Assembly (NCBI GenBank): GCA_040756235.1
Contig: JBFLZG010000002.1
Span: forward strand, 160,369 to 224,368
Direction of reading: 5' to 3'
Source of the DNA: a bacterium
GTDB taxonomy: Bacteria > Desulfobacterota > DSWW01
Length of the DNA stretch: 64,000 bases
Position numbers and translations under genes: made by a program. The notes under the pieces are model-generated. The model was given only the letters and a program-made list of their open reading frames with translations, did no database searches and had not been told where the DNA came from. Below are positions 32,818 through 42,967 of the stretch, piece after piece (within the stretch, counting starts at the first letter, position 1; each line of letters opens with the position of its first letter).

Positions 32818-34071
32818 ATGGGAGAGCGTAGGGTTGGTTCCGGGGAGGCAGAGCGCGAATTGGGCTCCTCGAAGATCCTGCTGGGTGTCACGGGGGGGAT
32901 TGCCGCCTACAAGGCTGCGGAGATCGTGCGGCTCCTCAGGAAGAGAGGCCTGGACGTCCATGCCGTGATGACGCGCAACGCGCAGGAGTTCCTGAAGCCG
33001 CTGACCTTGCAGGCGTTGTCCGGGAACCCGGTCTGGACCGATACCTTTCAACTCACGAATGAGCAGCAAATCGGGCATATCCGGCTGGTCGATAGGTGCG
33101 GCCTTCTCCTGGTGGCTCCGGCCACCGCAAACGTGCTGGGCAAGGCGGCAAGCGGGATTGCCGACGATCTGCTGACAACCATGATCTGTGCCGCGACCCG
33201 GGTTCCCGTGGTCTTCGCTCCCTCCATGAATGTCCACATGTATCAGAACCCCATCACTCAGGAAAACATCCGGAAGCTGAGGCAGTTCGGGTATCATTTC
33301 ATCGAACCCGACGCGGGCGAGCTTGCCTGCGGGTACGAAGGAGTCGGAAGGCTTGCCGACCCGTGCGTGATCGTAGAAGCGGTCCTCCGCCTGCTCGGGC
33401 CCAAAGACCTCGGCAGCGAGCGGATCCTGGTGACGGCCGGCCCCACGCAGGAGGAAATCGACCCGGTGCGCTTTCTGACGAACCGCTCGTCTGGGAAGAT
33501 GGGCTATGCGATCGCCCGGGCCGCCAGTCAGAGGGGCGCGTCGGTAACGCTCGTCAGCGGGCCGAGCCCATGCGTGGTCCCGGAGCGGGTGTGCTTCGTT
33601 CCGGTGAAGAGCGCCGAGGAGATGAGGGCCGCGGTCTTGAACGCCTTTTCCGACTGCACGGCGGTTGTCATGGCGGCGGCCGTGTCGGATTACCGGCCGG
33701 CGGACAAGGCGGCGCACAAGATCAAGAAGCACGAAGGTCCTCTGACGCTCCGCCTCGAGAGGACTCCGGACATCCTGCTGGAGCTGAGCCGCCAAAAAGG
33801 CGACAGGGTTCTCATCGGATTCGCAGCGGAGACCGAGTCTCTTATCGGTCATGCCGAGGAAAAGAGAAAGAAAAAGAAGCTCGACCTGATCGTTGTGAAT
33901 GACGTATCCCGCCGGGACATCGGATTCGAGTCCGACAACAACCAGGTCCACTTCATCGATGGGCAAGGCAGGGTCACGGACCTCCCGCTTCAGCCCAAGG
34001 AAGCGCTGGCCCATCGGATCCTGGACCAGATTCCGCTGATCCGGTGTTCCGCCACGACTGCCGGCACGTAG
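32818..34071 (+). CDS. coaBC: Bifunctional phosphopantothenoylcysteine decarboxylase/synthase
   Basis: GVTGGIAAYK, APATAN, PSMN..M, TAGPT.E.IDPVRFLTNRSSGKMG, AAVSDY, GFAAET; start ATG 32818 or TTG 32860. Confidence 0.97.
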   Translation: MGERRVGSGEAERELGSSKILLGVTGGIAAYKAAEIVRLLRKRGLDVHAVMTRNAQEFLKPLTLQALSGNPVWTDTFQLTNEQQIGHIRLVDRCGLLLVAPATANVLGKAASGIADDLLTTMICAATRVPVVFAPSMNVHMYQNPITQENIRKLRQFGYHFIEPDAGELACGYEGVGRLADPCVIVEAVLRLLGPKDLGSERILVTAGPTQEEIDPVRFLTNRSSGKMGYAIARAASQRGASVTLVSGPSPCVVPERVCFVPVKSAEEMRAAVLNAFSDCTAVVMAAAVSDYRPADKAAHKIKKHEGPLTLRLERTPDILLELSRQKGDRVLIGFAAETESLIGHAEEKRKKKKLDLIVVNDVSRRDIGFESDNNQVHFIDGQGRVTDLPLQPKEALAHRILDQIPLIRCSATTAGT

Positions 34072-34132
34072 ACCCGACCGGGGAGGATCGAGTCATCCTC
34101 TGTCGGCGCAAGCCGCACCGACAGGTGCCCTC

Positions 34133-35035
34133 TCAAGATTTCGTCAGCAGGGGAGAGGGAAATCCGTCCTTGTCGGGCTGGAAAGAGAGCAGGATCCGCT
34201 GGTAGACGCCCGGCTCCAATTCCCCTTTTTTCTGCAGAGCCCTCAGGGTCTTCTTCAGCCACTTCGCAGAATGCAGCGCCTGCTTGCCGATCGGATCCTG
34301 CCTGAGACAGGCAGCCCTGTCCAAATGGACAAGGAAGTCCAGATTGACGCGAGAGGAGAGATTTCGGTAGCGGGTGAAATCCCTGCCGTGGAGCTTCCAA
34401 ACCGATTTTCCCGAATGGTTCTGGAGCATCCGCTGCCACTGGTGCATGCGGTTGATCATGATGAGACTGTGGAAAATCCGCTTGTCCGTGCGGAACGAGA
34501 AAAGGGTCCTCTTGACCACCTTCTCCATGAGGTCGTCGTCTTCGGCCAGGGGAAGCCCTGCAATCTCCTTGGCCAGGTCCCAGAGCTCTCTGCGGACGAA
34601 CGCATCGAAGCGGATCTCCCAGTAGATGTGACGAAAAGTTTTGGCCGGGTAGGTCCGGACCAGGCATTCCGGTATGAAGTGATTGTGCGCGACGGTGTCC
34701 GCAGCAAGATGGCTGAGATATCCGTAGGCAAAAGCTTCCTGGGCGGGTGACGAAGCTTCCTGCAGAACGCTCCAGCCGACCTCCCAGCTGTGGGAGTGCT
34801 CGTGGAGCTTGGCCAGACCCTTGGCGAAGATGATGTCGGCGCCGATGCAGCCGTAGAGATAGTCGTAAGGAAAGCTTTCGATCAGCATGCGGAGCCCGTG
34901 TCCGAGAAGACCCAGGCTCCGCAACGTGTCCAGCCCCATCTGGAGATGGGTGGCTGGCCCCCACGCAAGGGCTCTGGGCGGGTCCAGGAAGAGCAGAATA
35001 ACCACAAGGAGTGGAGATAAGAAGAGAATCCGCAA
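34133..35035 (-). CDS. Zinc-dependent phospholipase C-family protein
   Basis: Signal peptide ending ALA, then WGPATH; G.IGAD; H.H.W; GYLSHLAADTVAHN; HIYWE. Confidence 0.8.
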   Translation of the reverse strand: MRILFLSPLLVVILLFLDPPRALAWGPATHLQMGLDTLRSLGLLGHGLRMLIESFPYDYLYGCIGADIIFAKGLAKLHEHSHSWEVGWSVLQEASSPAQEAFAYGYLSHLAADTVAHNHFIPECLVRTYPAKTFRHIYWEIRFDAFVRRELWDLAKEIAGLPLAEDDDLMEKVVKRTLFSFRTDKRIFHSLIMINRMHQWQRMLQNHSGKSVWKLHGRDFTRYRNLSSRVNLDFLVHLDRAACLRQDPIGKQALHSAKWLKKTLRALQKKGELEPGVYQRILLSFQPDKDGFPSPLLTKS

Positions 35036-35215
35036 ACTATTTCTATCGTCTTTTCAGGAAGATGCGCGTAAGCTGGATCCGGGATGCACTTGAAGCGGCC
35101 GCCGTTTTCCAGTACATTCCATTAGGTTCCCATATCGTCCATCCATTCGTCCGCGACCATTTTAGGCGCCTTTACCGGGTCTGTAAAGGCCGCCTGACCG
35201 AGGGAGCTCATCCCG

Positions 35216-36568
35216 ATGAAGAGAGCATTCGTGAGGCGCCCCCGTCACAAGAGGGCCGGGACCGTCCGCCGCATTCTTTTGCTCGCCCTTCTGGCGGCAG
35301 GGGCTTGGCGGCTGTGGGGTTCGTCCGCCGGACATTCGGCCGACCGGTTCGTTCTGGTTACCGACATCCGCAGCACCATCAACCCGGGCATCAGCAACTT
35401 CGTCGGCAAGACGATCGAAGAGGCTGCCCGGGAAGGGGCCGCATGCATCATCCTGCAGATGGACACTCCGGGCGGTCTCGATACGGCCATGCGCGACATC
35501 GTACAAGACGAGCTCAACTCGCCCGTGCCGGTCGTGGTCTATGTGGCTCCCAGCGGCGCCCGCGCCGCCTCGGCGGGCGTCTTGATCACCCTGGCGAGCC
35601 ACATCGCGGCCATGGCTCCGGGGACAAACATAGGGGCAGCGCACCCCGTAGGCCTCGGCGGCGGTCAAACGGACGAGACGATGCTCAAGAAAGTCGAGAA
35701 CGACGCGGCCGCTTACGCGAGGAGCCTGGCCGAACAGAGGGGCAGGAACGCCGATTGGGCCGTGAAAGCCGTTCGCGAGAGCGACTCCATATCGGCCGAA
35801 AAGGCACTCGAGTTGAAGGTGATCGACCTGATCGCACCTGACCTGACGGACCTGATCCGCAGGATCGACGGTCGTGAAGTGAAAACGGTTGCGGGCGTTC
35901 AGAAGCTCGAGCTGAAGGACCTTCCGATTCGAAAGAAGGAAATGAACTGGCGATTTCGGCTTCTGGACACGCTGAGCAACCCGAACATCGCCTACATTCT
36001 GATGGTGTTGGGCTTCTACGGCCTGTTCTTCGAGCTGTCCAGTCCCGGCGTCATTTTCCCCGGGGTGTTCGGCGCCATCTGCCTCATTCTGGCCTTCTTT
36101 GCCCTGCAGACCCTGCCGGTGAATTATGCAGGGGTCCTGCTGATCCTGCTGGCAATCCTCTTGTTCATCGCCGAAATCAAGGTGACCAGTTACGGCGTGC
36201 TGACGCTGGGCGGGATCGTGGCGATGGTCCTGGGCTCTCTCATGCTCTTTGAATCGCCGGAGCCTTATCTGAGAGTCTCCTGGTACATCATTCTTCCCAC
36301 CGTGGCGACGACGGCCGCCTTCTTCGTCTTCGCTCTCTCCTTCGCCCTGAAGGCGCAGATGGCCAAACCCACCACGGGCCAGGAAGGGCTCATCGGTATG
36401 CACGGCCGCGTCGTGGTGCCTTTGAGACCGGAGGGCAAGGTGTTCGTGCACGGCGAGTTCTGGAATGCCCACAGCGAAGAGGAAATCGACAAGGACGAGG
36501 CGGTCGAAGTCGTCGGAGTCTCGGACTTGATGCTGAGGGTGAGGCGGCTTTCGAGGAAGGCGTCGTAG
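35216..36568 (+). CDS. nfeD: NfeD-family membrane-bound serine protease (long form)
   Basis: MDTPGGL, AASAG, APGTNIGAAHP, TM region, C-terminal G.V.V.GE.W.A OB fold. Confidence 0.95.
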   Translation: MKRAFVRRPRHKRAGTVRRILLLALLAAGAWRLWGSSAGHSADRFVLVTDIRSTINPGISNFVGKTIEEAAREGAACIILQMDTPGGLDTAMRDIVQDELNSPVPVVVYVAPSGARAASAGVLITLASHIAAMAPGTNIGAAHPVGLGGGQTDETMLKKVENDAAAYARSLAEQRGRNADWAVKAVRESDSISAEKALELKVIDLIAPDLTDLIRRIDGREVKTVAGVQKLELKDLPIRKKEMNWRFRLLDTLSNPNIAYILMVLGFYGLFFELSSPGVIFPGVFGAICLILAFFALQTLPVNYAGVLLILLAILLFIAEIKVTSYGVLTLGGIVAMVLGSLMLFESPEPYLRVSWYIILPTVATTAAFFVFALSFALKAQMAKPTTGQEGLIGMHGRVVVPLRPEGKVFVHGEFWNAHSEEEIDKDEAVEVVGVSDLMLRVRRLSRKAS

Positions 36569-36604
36569 ACGAATCAACGAAACTGAAGCAGAGGAGGAGC
36601 GGAA

Positions 36605-37351
36605 ATGTCCGTATCGTTGTTGGCCGTGCTGATCATCCTGGGACTGATCCTGGCAAGCGCGATCCGTGTTTTGAGGGAATATGAAAGAGGCGTGATTTTC
36701 CGGCTGGGCAGGCTCATCGGCGCCAAGGGGCCCGGTCTGATCTTGTTGATTCCGGTGGTCGACAAGATGCAGAAGGTCAGCCTGCGGCTGGTGACCCTTG
36801 ACGTGCCGCCCCAGGACGTGATCACCAGGGACAACGTCTCCGTCAAGGTGAACGCGGTCATCTACTTCCGGGTCATGGACTCGAACAAGGCGATCGTCGA
36901 GGTCGAGAACTATCTCTACGCCACCTCACAGCTTGCCCAGACGACCTTGCGGAGCGTCCTGGGCCAGGTGGAGCTCGACGAGCTCCTGGCGGAGCGCGAC
37001 AAGGTCAACGACCGCCTGCAGGAGATCCTGGATCGACACACCGATCCTTGGGGCATCAAGGTCACCACGGTGGAAGTGAAGCACATCGATCTTCCGCAGG
37101 AAATGCAGCGGGCGATCGCCAGGCAGGCCGAGGCGGAGCGGATTCGAAGGGCCAAGGTCATCGCCGCCGAGGGCGAATTCCAGGCCGCTGCGAGACTCCA
37201 GGAAGCGGCGGCCATCATGGGGACGCAGCCGATCGCCCTGCAGTTGCGGTACCTGCAGACCCTGACCGAAATCGCTGCGGAGAACAACTCCACGACGATC
37301 TTTCCGATCCCCATCGACCTGCTCTCGCCGTTCATGCGCAAGACAGGTTAG
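36605..37351 (+). CDS. Stomatin-like SPFH/band 7 protein (slipin)
   Basis: [55 protein letters not shown]. Confidence 0.97.
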   Translation: MSVSLLAVLIILGLILASAIRVLREYERGVIFRLGRLIGAKGPGLILLIPVVDKMQKVSLRLVTLDVPPQDVITRDNVSVKVNAVIYFRVMDSNKAIVEVENYLYATSQLAQTTLRSVLGQVELDELLAERDKVNDRLQEILDRHTDPWGIKVTTVEVKHIDLPQEMQRAIARQAEAERIRRAKVIAAEGEFQAAARLQEAAAIMGTQPIALQLRYLQTLTEIAAENNSTTIFPIPIDLLSPFMRKTG

Positions 37352-37391
37352 CCGCTCGGGATGCCGGGGGCCGTTCCATGAGGTTCCGAGA

Positions 37392-38408
37392 ATGTCCAGG
37401 ATTGGGTTCACGACTTCGATCCCGATCGAAGTGCTGCTTGCGGCTTCTCACCAGCCCGTGGATTTGAACAATCGCTTTATCAGCCATCCTGAGCCGTTGC
37501 GCCTGGCCCGGAGTGCGGAGGCGCACGGCTTTCCCACGACCTGCTGCGCCTGGATGAAGGGGATTTACGCCGCGCTCTCTGAAGTGGGCGTGGACGAAGT
37601 GATTGCAGTCGTGCGGGGCGACTGCAGCCAGACCCAGGGGCTCATGGAAATTCTGCAGATGGAGGGGATGCCGGTCCATCCCTTCGCCTATCCGTACGAT
37701 CGGTCTGCCGCTGCGATGGAGATGGAAATCAGGAACCTGATGGATCGGTACGGGGTGGAGATCGATGCCGTGGAGAGGGCGAAAGAGCGCCTGGACCGGA
37801 TTCGCGCAAAGCTCGCGGACCTGGATCGCCTCTCCTGGGAACACGACCGTGTGCGTGGCGAGGAAAACCACCGGTTTCTGGTGTGCAGCAGCGACATGAA
37901 CGGAGACCCGGATCGGTTCGAAGCGGAGCTCGATGTTTTCCTCGCAGAGGCCAGGCAAAGAAGGCCCTTCCGAAACGAAATCCGACTCGGCTTCCTGGGG
38001 GTGCCGCCTATCTGGAAGGACCTCTACGCCCGGACCGAGCGACAGGGCGCCCGCGTGGTCTACAACGAGATCCAGAGGCAGTTCAGCATGCCGGGCTTTG
38101 CCGGCGACCTGGTCGCGCAGTACCTGGCTTTCACCTACCCGTACGACGTCTTCTTCCGCCTTGCGGACATCCGCAGAGAGGCGGCCCGCAGGCGGATCGA
38201 CGGTTTCATCCATTACGTACAGGCCTTCTGCTTCCGGCAGATGGAGGACAGGATCCTCCGCCGTTACCTGGATCGACCCATGCTGACGCTCGAAGGGGAC
38301 ATGCCGGAGCCGTTGGATGCCAGGACCACGACCCGGCTATCGGCTTTTGTCGAAATGCTGGCCGACCGCAAGAGGAGCGACCATGCGTCTTCCTGGTCCG
38401 GAAATTGA
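37392..38408 (+). CDS. 2-hydroxyacyl-CoA dehydratase family (D-component-like) Fe-S protein
   Basis: IGFTTSIPIEVLLAA...PVDL, CAW.KG, GDCS, IDG.IHY.Q.FC, P.LTLEGD, TRL.AFVEML. Confidence 0.85.
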   Translation: MSRIGFTTSIPIEVLLAASHQPVDLNNRFISHPEPLRLARSAEAHGFPTTCCAWMKGIYAALSEVGVDEVIAVVRGDCSQTQGLMEILQMEGMPVHPFAYPYDRSAAAMEMEIRNLMDRYGVEIDAVERAKERLDRIRAKLADLDRLSWEHDRVRGEENHRFLVCSSDMNGDPDRFEAELDVFLAEARQRRPFRNEIRLGFLGVPPIWKDLYARTERQGARVVYNEIQRQFSMPGFAGDLVAQYLAFTYPYDVFFRLADIRREAARRRIDGFIHYVQAFCFRQMEDRILRRYLDRPMLTLEGDMPEPLDARTTTRLSAFVEMLADRKRSDHASSWSGN

Positions 38409-38468
38409 CTTTCGGAGCGGGGTCCGTTAGCTTTGTCCGAATATTTCAAGCCCTTTCAGAAGATTTCG

Positions 38469-39665
38469 ATGGACTCCGCGGCAACTCACCAGGCAGACAA
38501 AGAGCTCTCGGCGGATCGTGCAGGTTTCTCGCAGAAAGACGGCGCCGCGGAAGAGGTGTTCCGGACCGAGCGTTACAGCTACGAGCTGCCGCGCCATCTG
38601 ATCGCGCAGAGTCCCCTGGAGGAGCGGGACCAGTCGCGCCTGATGGTTCTCAGGCGTCGAGGCGGCGAGTCCCTCCACGCTCGCTTCGATCAGATCCGGC
38701 AGCACCTCCGGGAAGGCGACCTGCTGGTCGTGAATAATTCCAGAGTCTTTCCTGCGCGTATCCTGGGCAGGAAGCTCTCCGGCGGAAGGGTGGAGGCGCT
38801 CCTCATCCGCCCTGCGTCGGTCTCGCCGAGGTCTTCCGATCAGGCCGAGCCGGCCGGCCGAGACGCCGGAGAATGGCTGTGCCTGATCCGGTGCTCGGGC
38901 CGTTTGCAGCCCGGGCAGGTTCTCGATTTTCCGGATGGCGTTCGGGGCGAGGCGATCGGCCCTCACGAAGAGGGGCTTTGGAGGTTGCGCTTCGATCGGA
39001 GCGGGCCCGAGTTTTACGCGTGGCTCGACAAGGCCGGTCAGGTCCCGCTGCCGGTCTACATCAAGAGGGACACTCAGTGGCCGGCGGACTCCTCGACCGA
39101 TCGAGTGCGCTATCAGACGGTTTTCGCCAAGACGGCCGGGTCCGTGGCGGCGCCGACTGCGGGCTTTCATTTCACGGACAGGCTGCTCGACGAGCTGCGA
39201 GGCTCGGGAATTCGCATCTGCGAGATCACCTTGCACGTGGGGCATTCGACGTTCCTGCCCATTCGGGCCGCCGACGTCCGGCAGCACAGGCTCTGGCCCG
39301 AACGGTTTTCGATATCCGGGGAATCGGCGGAGGCAATTCGAGACGCCCGACAGGGGGGATCTCGCGTGGTGGCCGTCGGCACCACGGTGGCAAGGTGCCT
39401 GGAGTCTCTTGCAGCGGAAGGGGACGCCTACGAGGCGCAGGAGGGTTGGGCCACGGCTTTCATCCTGCCGGGGCACCGTTTCCGGTGGGTGGATGCCCTG
39501 CTGACCAATTTTCATCTGCCTCGGAGCACGCTGCTCGTTCTGGTGGCTGCCTTTGCAGGATGGGAACGGATCCGCGCCGCGTATCGCGAGGCGGTCTTGA
39601 AGGAATATCGGTTTTACAGCTACGGCGACTGCATGCTCATCGAAGCGGACAGCTGCACACGATGA
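38469..39665 (+). CDS. queA: S-adenosylmethionine:tRNA ribosyltransferase-isomerase
   Basis: Y.LP..LIAQ.P, N.SRV.PAR, PLPVYI, YQTVFA, VAAPTAG.HFT, TLHVG, VGTT, TNFHLP.STL, YRFYSYGD; start uncertain. Confidence 0.97.
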   Translation: MDSAATHQADKELSADRAGFSQKDGAAEEVFRTERYSYELPRHLIAQSPLEERDQSRLMVLRRRGGESLHARFDQIRQHLREGDLLVVNNSRVFPARILGRKLSGGRVEALLIRPASVSPRSSDQAEPAGRDAGEWLCLIRCSGRLQPGQVLDFPDGVRGEAIGPHEEGLWRLRFDRSGPEFYAWLDKAGQVPLPVYIKRDTQWPADSSTDRVRYQTVFAKTAGSVAAPTAGFHFTDRLLDELRGSGIRICEITLHVGHSTFLPIRAADVRQHRLWPERFSISGESAEAIRDARQGGSRVVAVGTTVARCLESLAAEGDAYEAQEGWATAFILPGHRFRWVDALLTNFHLPRSTLLVLVAAFAGWERIRAAYREAVLKEYRFYSYGDCMLIEADSCTR

Positions 39666-40867
39666 TCTCGTTCGACGTGACGGCCGGAGGCGCGAGCGGC
39701 CCGCGCTGCGGGCGGCTGACGACCGGCCACGGTGCGGTGGAGACGCCGGTCTTCATGCCCGTAGGGACGCACGGCTCGGTGAAGGCGTGCAGCACGGAGG
39801 ATCTCGTCGAGCACAAGGTCGGCATGATCCTGGCCAACACGTATCACCTGTATCTGAGGCCCGGACACGAGGCCGTGCACGCTCTCGGTGGTCTGCATCG
39901 CTTCATGAGCTGGCCCGGGCCGATCTTGACGGACAGCGGAGGATACCAGGTACTGAGCCTCGGGGCGCTGCGGACGCTGTCGGACGAGGGGGTGCTGTTC
40001 CGGTCGCACCTGGACGGGTCGATGCATCTGCTGACGCCTGAAAAGGCGACCGAGGTGCAGGAGCTGCTCGGTGCCGACATCGCGATGGCGCTCGACGTGT
40101 GCATCGCCTTTCCATACACGCGGGCCGCGGCGAAGGCGGCCATGGAAAGGACTCTGGACTGGGCGAAAAGGTGCCGCGAGTCGAGCAGGGAAGGGTCTCC
40201 GGCCCTGTTCGGCATCGTTCAGGGCGGGGTCTTCCCGGAGCTGAGGTCGGCCTGCGCCAAGGCCCTTGCCGAGCTGGATTTCTCAGGATACGCCCTGGGT
40301 GGGCTCGGGGTGGGAGAGGAGAAGGAGGCGACCTTCTCTACGGTCGAGCGCACCGTGGAATGCCTGCCGCCGCACGCGCCCCGATATCTGATGGGCATGG
40401 GGACCCCGGAGGACCTGGTCGAGGCCGTGGCCCTCGGCATCGACATGTTCGATTGCGTGCTGCCGACGCGCAACGCGAGAAACGGCACCCTGTTCACGCG
40501 CTTCGGAAGAATCCACATCCGGAATAGCCGGTATGCGCTGGACGAGCGGCCGATCGAGCCCGGCTGCGGCTGCTCTACCTGCAGGAGCTACAGTCGTGCC
40601 TATCTCCGCCACCTGTTTCTGTCCAGAGAGCTTTCCGTCTATCGGTTCAACAGCATTCACAACCTCTTCTATTACCAGGATCTGATGGAAAGGATGCGCG
40701 AAGCCATTCGCAACGACCTGTTCGCCGCGTTCCGGCGGGAGTTTCTTGAGAATCTAACCCGTGTGGAAGAGGACGAGCCCGAAGCCCTCGAGGCCGGGCC
40801 GCGGGCGGGAATCGACGACAGCCGACGATCCTGGATCGACGACAACTCAAGCCGCAAGGAGGTATGA
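39662..40867 (+). CDS. tgt: tRNA-guanine transglycosylase
   Basis: TPVFMPVGT, LANTYHL, TDSGGYQ, GIVQGG, YLMGMG, DMFDCVLPTR, CGCSTC...H zinc site; ATGA overlap with the queA stop. Confidence 0.97.
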   Translation: MISFDVTAGGASGPRCGRLTTGHGAVETPVFMPVGTHGSVKACSTEDLVEHKVGMILANTYHLYLRPGHEAVHALGGLHRFMSWPGPILTDSGGYQVLSLGALRTLSDEGVLFRSHLDGSMHLLTPEKATEVQELLGADIAMALDVCIAFPYTRAAAKAAMERTLDWAKRCRESSREGSPALFGIVQGGVFPELRSACAKALAELDFSGYALGGLGVGEEKEATFSTVERTVECLPPHAPRYLMGMGTPEDLVEAVALGIDMFDCVLPTRNARNGTLFTRFGRIHIRNSRYALDERPIEPGCGCSTCRSYSRAYLRHLFLSRELSVYRFNSIHNLFYYQDLMERMREAIRNDLFAAFRREFLENLTRVEEDEPEALEAGPRAGIDDSRRSWIDDNSSRKEV

Positions 40868-41214
40868 AGGTGATGGATTTTGCGTACGCTATGGGACCCG
40901 GAGCTGGAGGTGGGGGCGGAGCAGCAGGAGGTGGAGGGTTGGCCGGGGCTTTGGTGCCCCTCCTGCTGATGTTCGTCGTGTTCTACTTTCTTCTCATCCG
41001 CCCTCAGCAGAGGAGAAGCCGCCAGCACAGAGAGCTGCTGGACGCGCTCAAGCGAGGCGACGAGGTGATCACGAGCGGCGGCATCCACGGCAAGATCACC
41101 GGGCTCACCGAAGGCGTCGTGACCCTGGAAGTGGCGGACAAGGTCCGCATCAAGGTTCAGAGAGGCAATATCTCCGGCTTGAAGCCGAAGTCCGCTTCCG
41201 AGAAGACGGAATGA
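40864..41214 (+). CDS. yajC: Preprotein translocase subunit YajC
   Basis: FYFLLIRPQ, LKRGDEVITSGGIHGKI. Confidence 0.97.
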   Translation: MKVMDFAYAMGPGAGGGGGAAGGGGLAGALVPLLLMFVVFYFLLIRPQQRRSRQHRELLDALKRGDEVITSGGIHGKITGLTEGVVTLEVADKVRIKVQRGNISGLKPKSASEKTE

Positions 41215-41318
41215 ACGATGCCGGCCGGGCCCTCGAGGCTCCGCCCCTGTCGTCGACGGCCGAGGCGGAAATCGAGGGAGACCTTTCGACCCTCTTTCGC
41301 TGATGGTTGGACGAGACG

Positions 41319-42920
41319 ATGACCAAGAGCTTGAAATGGAAGTTCGTGCTCACCGGAGTCGTGCTGCTCGGCGCGGCCTTTTTCCTCGCACCCACCCTTA
41401 CCGATCGACTGCCGGAATGGTGGAAGAGTCATCTCCCCGCCGAGAAGGTGCAGCTCGGGCTCGACCTGCAGGGAGGCATCCACCTGGTCCTGGAGGTAGA
41501 GGCCCAGAAGGCGGTGGAGAACACGACCGAGAGAAGCATCGACGACATGAAGGAGGCCCTCCGAAAGAAGGACATCTTCTACGATCGGATCGAGAGACAG
41601 GGGTCGAGCCAGATGGTGATCGAAGGGGTAAGCCTTTCGGACCGGGAGCGGTTCGACGCCATCTTGGCCGAACAGTTCGGGAACCTCAAGCTATTTTCCA
41701 CGACTCCGGGTGACCGGGGCGTCCGCTACGTCATGGGGCTGACGGACAGGGAGAGCCGCCAGATCGAGGAGGGGGCCGTCGACCAGGCTCTGGAGACGAT
41801 CCAGAACCGGATCGACCAGTATGGCGTCGCGGAACCGACGATCCAGCGGCAGAGCGACAACCGGATCCTCGTGCAGCTGCCCGGCGTCAAGGACCCGGAT
41901 CGGGCGATCAAGCTGATCGGACAGACGGCTGTGCTGGAATTCAAGATCGTGGACGAGGAGCACAGCCTCGACGATGCGCTCAAAGGAAACGTTCCGGAGG
42001 GGAGCGAGATCCTCTACGAACGCGTCTACGAGCCCGAGACGAACCGGACGAAGAAGATCCCTCTGCTCGTCAAGAAGCGGACTCTCATGACGGGCGACGT
42101 CATTTCGGAAGCCCGCGTGGAGATGAGCCGGCAGTTCAACCAGCCGCACGTGGCGATCCGCCTCAATTCGCGCGGCTCCAGGCTGTTCGATCAGATTGCC
42201 GCGGAGAACGTGGGCAAACGGCTGGCGATCATCCTGGATAACAGCGTCTATTCCGCTCCGGTGATCAAGCAGGAACGCTACGGCGGTCAGGCCGTGATCG
42301 AGGGCAACTTCACGACGGAAGAGGCGCACGACCTGGCCATCGTGCTCAGGGCGGGGTCCCTTCCGGCGCCGGTGGAGATCGCCGAGAAGAGAGCCGTGGG
42401 GCCTTCTCTGGGGTCGGATTCCATCCGTCAGGGGGTTATCTCCATTCTCGTCGGCGGGCTGCTGGTCATCCTGTTCATGGCAGTCTACTACAGGACGGCC
42501 GGGCTCGTCGCCGATCTGTCCCTGATTGTCAACCTGGTGATGATCCTGGCGAGCCTGGCGGTGCTCGGCGCCACCCTGACTCTTCCGGGAGTGGCGGGGA
42601 TCGTGCTGACCCTGGGCATGGCGGTCGATGCCAATGTCCTGATCTACGAGAGGATGCGCGAGGAATTGCGCGTCGGCAAGAACATGAGGGCCGCGGTGGA
42701 TGCCGGCTTCAAGCGCGCCATGCTGGTCATCCTGGACTCGAACATCACCACGCTGGTTGCCGCGCTCGTGCTTTTTCAGTTCGGCACCGGTCCCGTGAAG
42801 GGCTTTGCCGTCACACTGAGCATCGGCGTGTTCTGGACGGTCGTGCTCGCAATTTTCTTCACCCGCGAGATCTTTGACTACCTGGTCCTCGTGAGACGGG
42901 TCAAGACGGTCGCAATCTGA
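41319..42920 (+). CDS. secD: Protein translocase subunit SecD
   Basis: LGLDLQGG, NRIDQYGVAEP, LAIILD, LRAGSLPAP, VGPSLG, GMAVDANVLIYER. Confidence 0.98.
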   Translation: MTKSLKWKFVLTGVVLLGAAFFLAPTLTDRLPEWWKSHLPAEKVQLGLDLQGGIHLVLEVEAQKAVENTTERSIDDMKEALRKKDIFYDRIERQGSSQMVIEGVSLSDRERFDAILAEQFGNLKLFSTTPGDRGVRYVMGLTDRESRQIEEGAVDQALETIQNRIDQYGVAEPTIQRQSDNRILVQLPGVKDPDRAIKLIGQTAVLEFKIVDEEHSLDDALKGNVPEGSEILYERVYEPETNRTKKIPLLVKKRTLMTGDVISEARVEMSRQFNQPHVAIRLNSRGSRLFDQIAAENVGKRLAIILDNSVYSAPVIKQERYGGQAVIEGNFTTEEAHDLAIVLRAGSLPAPVEIAEKRAVGPSLGSDSIRQGVISILVGGLLVILFMAVYYRTAGLVADLSLIVNLVMILASLAVLGATLTLPGVAGIVLTLGMAVDANVLIYERMREELRVGKNMRAAVDAGFKRAMLVILDSNITTLVAALVLFQFGTGPVKGFAVTLSIGVFWTVVLAIFFTREIFDYLVLVRRVKTVAI

Positions 42921-42967
42921 CGGGGGGCTGCCTGCTCGGGCATTCGTCGTCGTACGGAGAGGCTCTC

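Noticed and set aside
38873..39661. 664-aa ORF implying a long N-terminal extension on Tgt
   Set aside because: The extension is an open alternative frame over queA; Tgt similarity starts at ATG 39662.
40810..40845. Short direct repeat ATCGACGACA in the tgt 3' tail
   Set aside because: Two copies of 10 nt in an unstructured tail; too weak to interpret.
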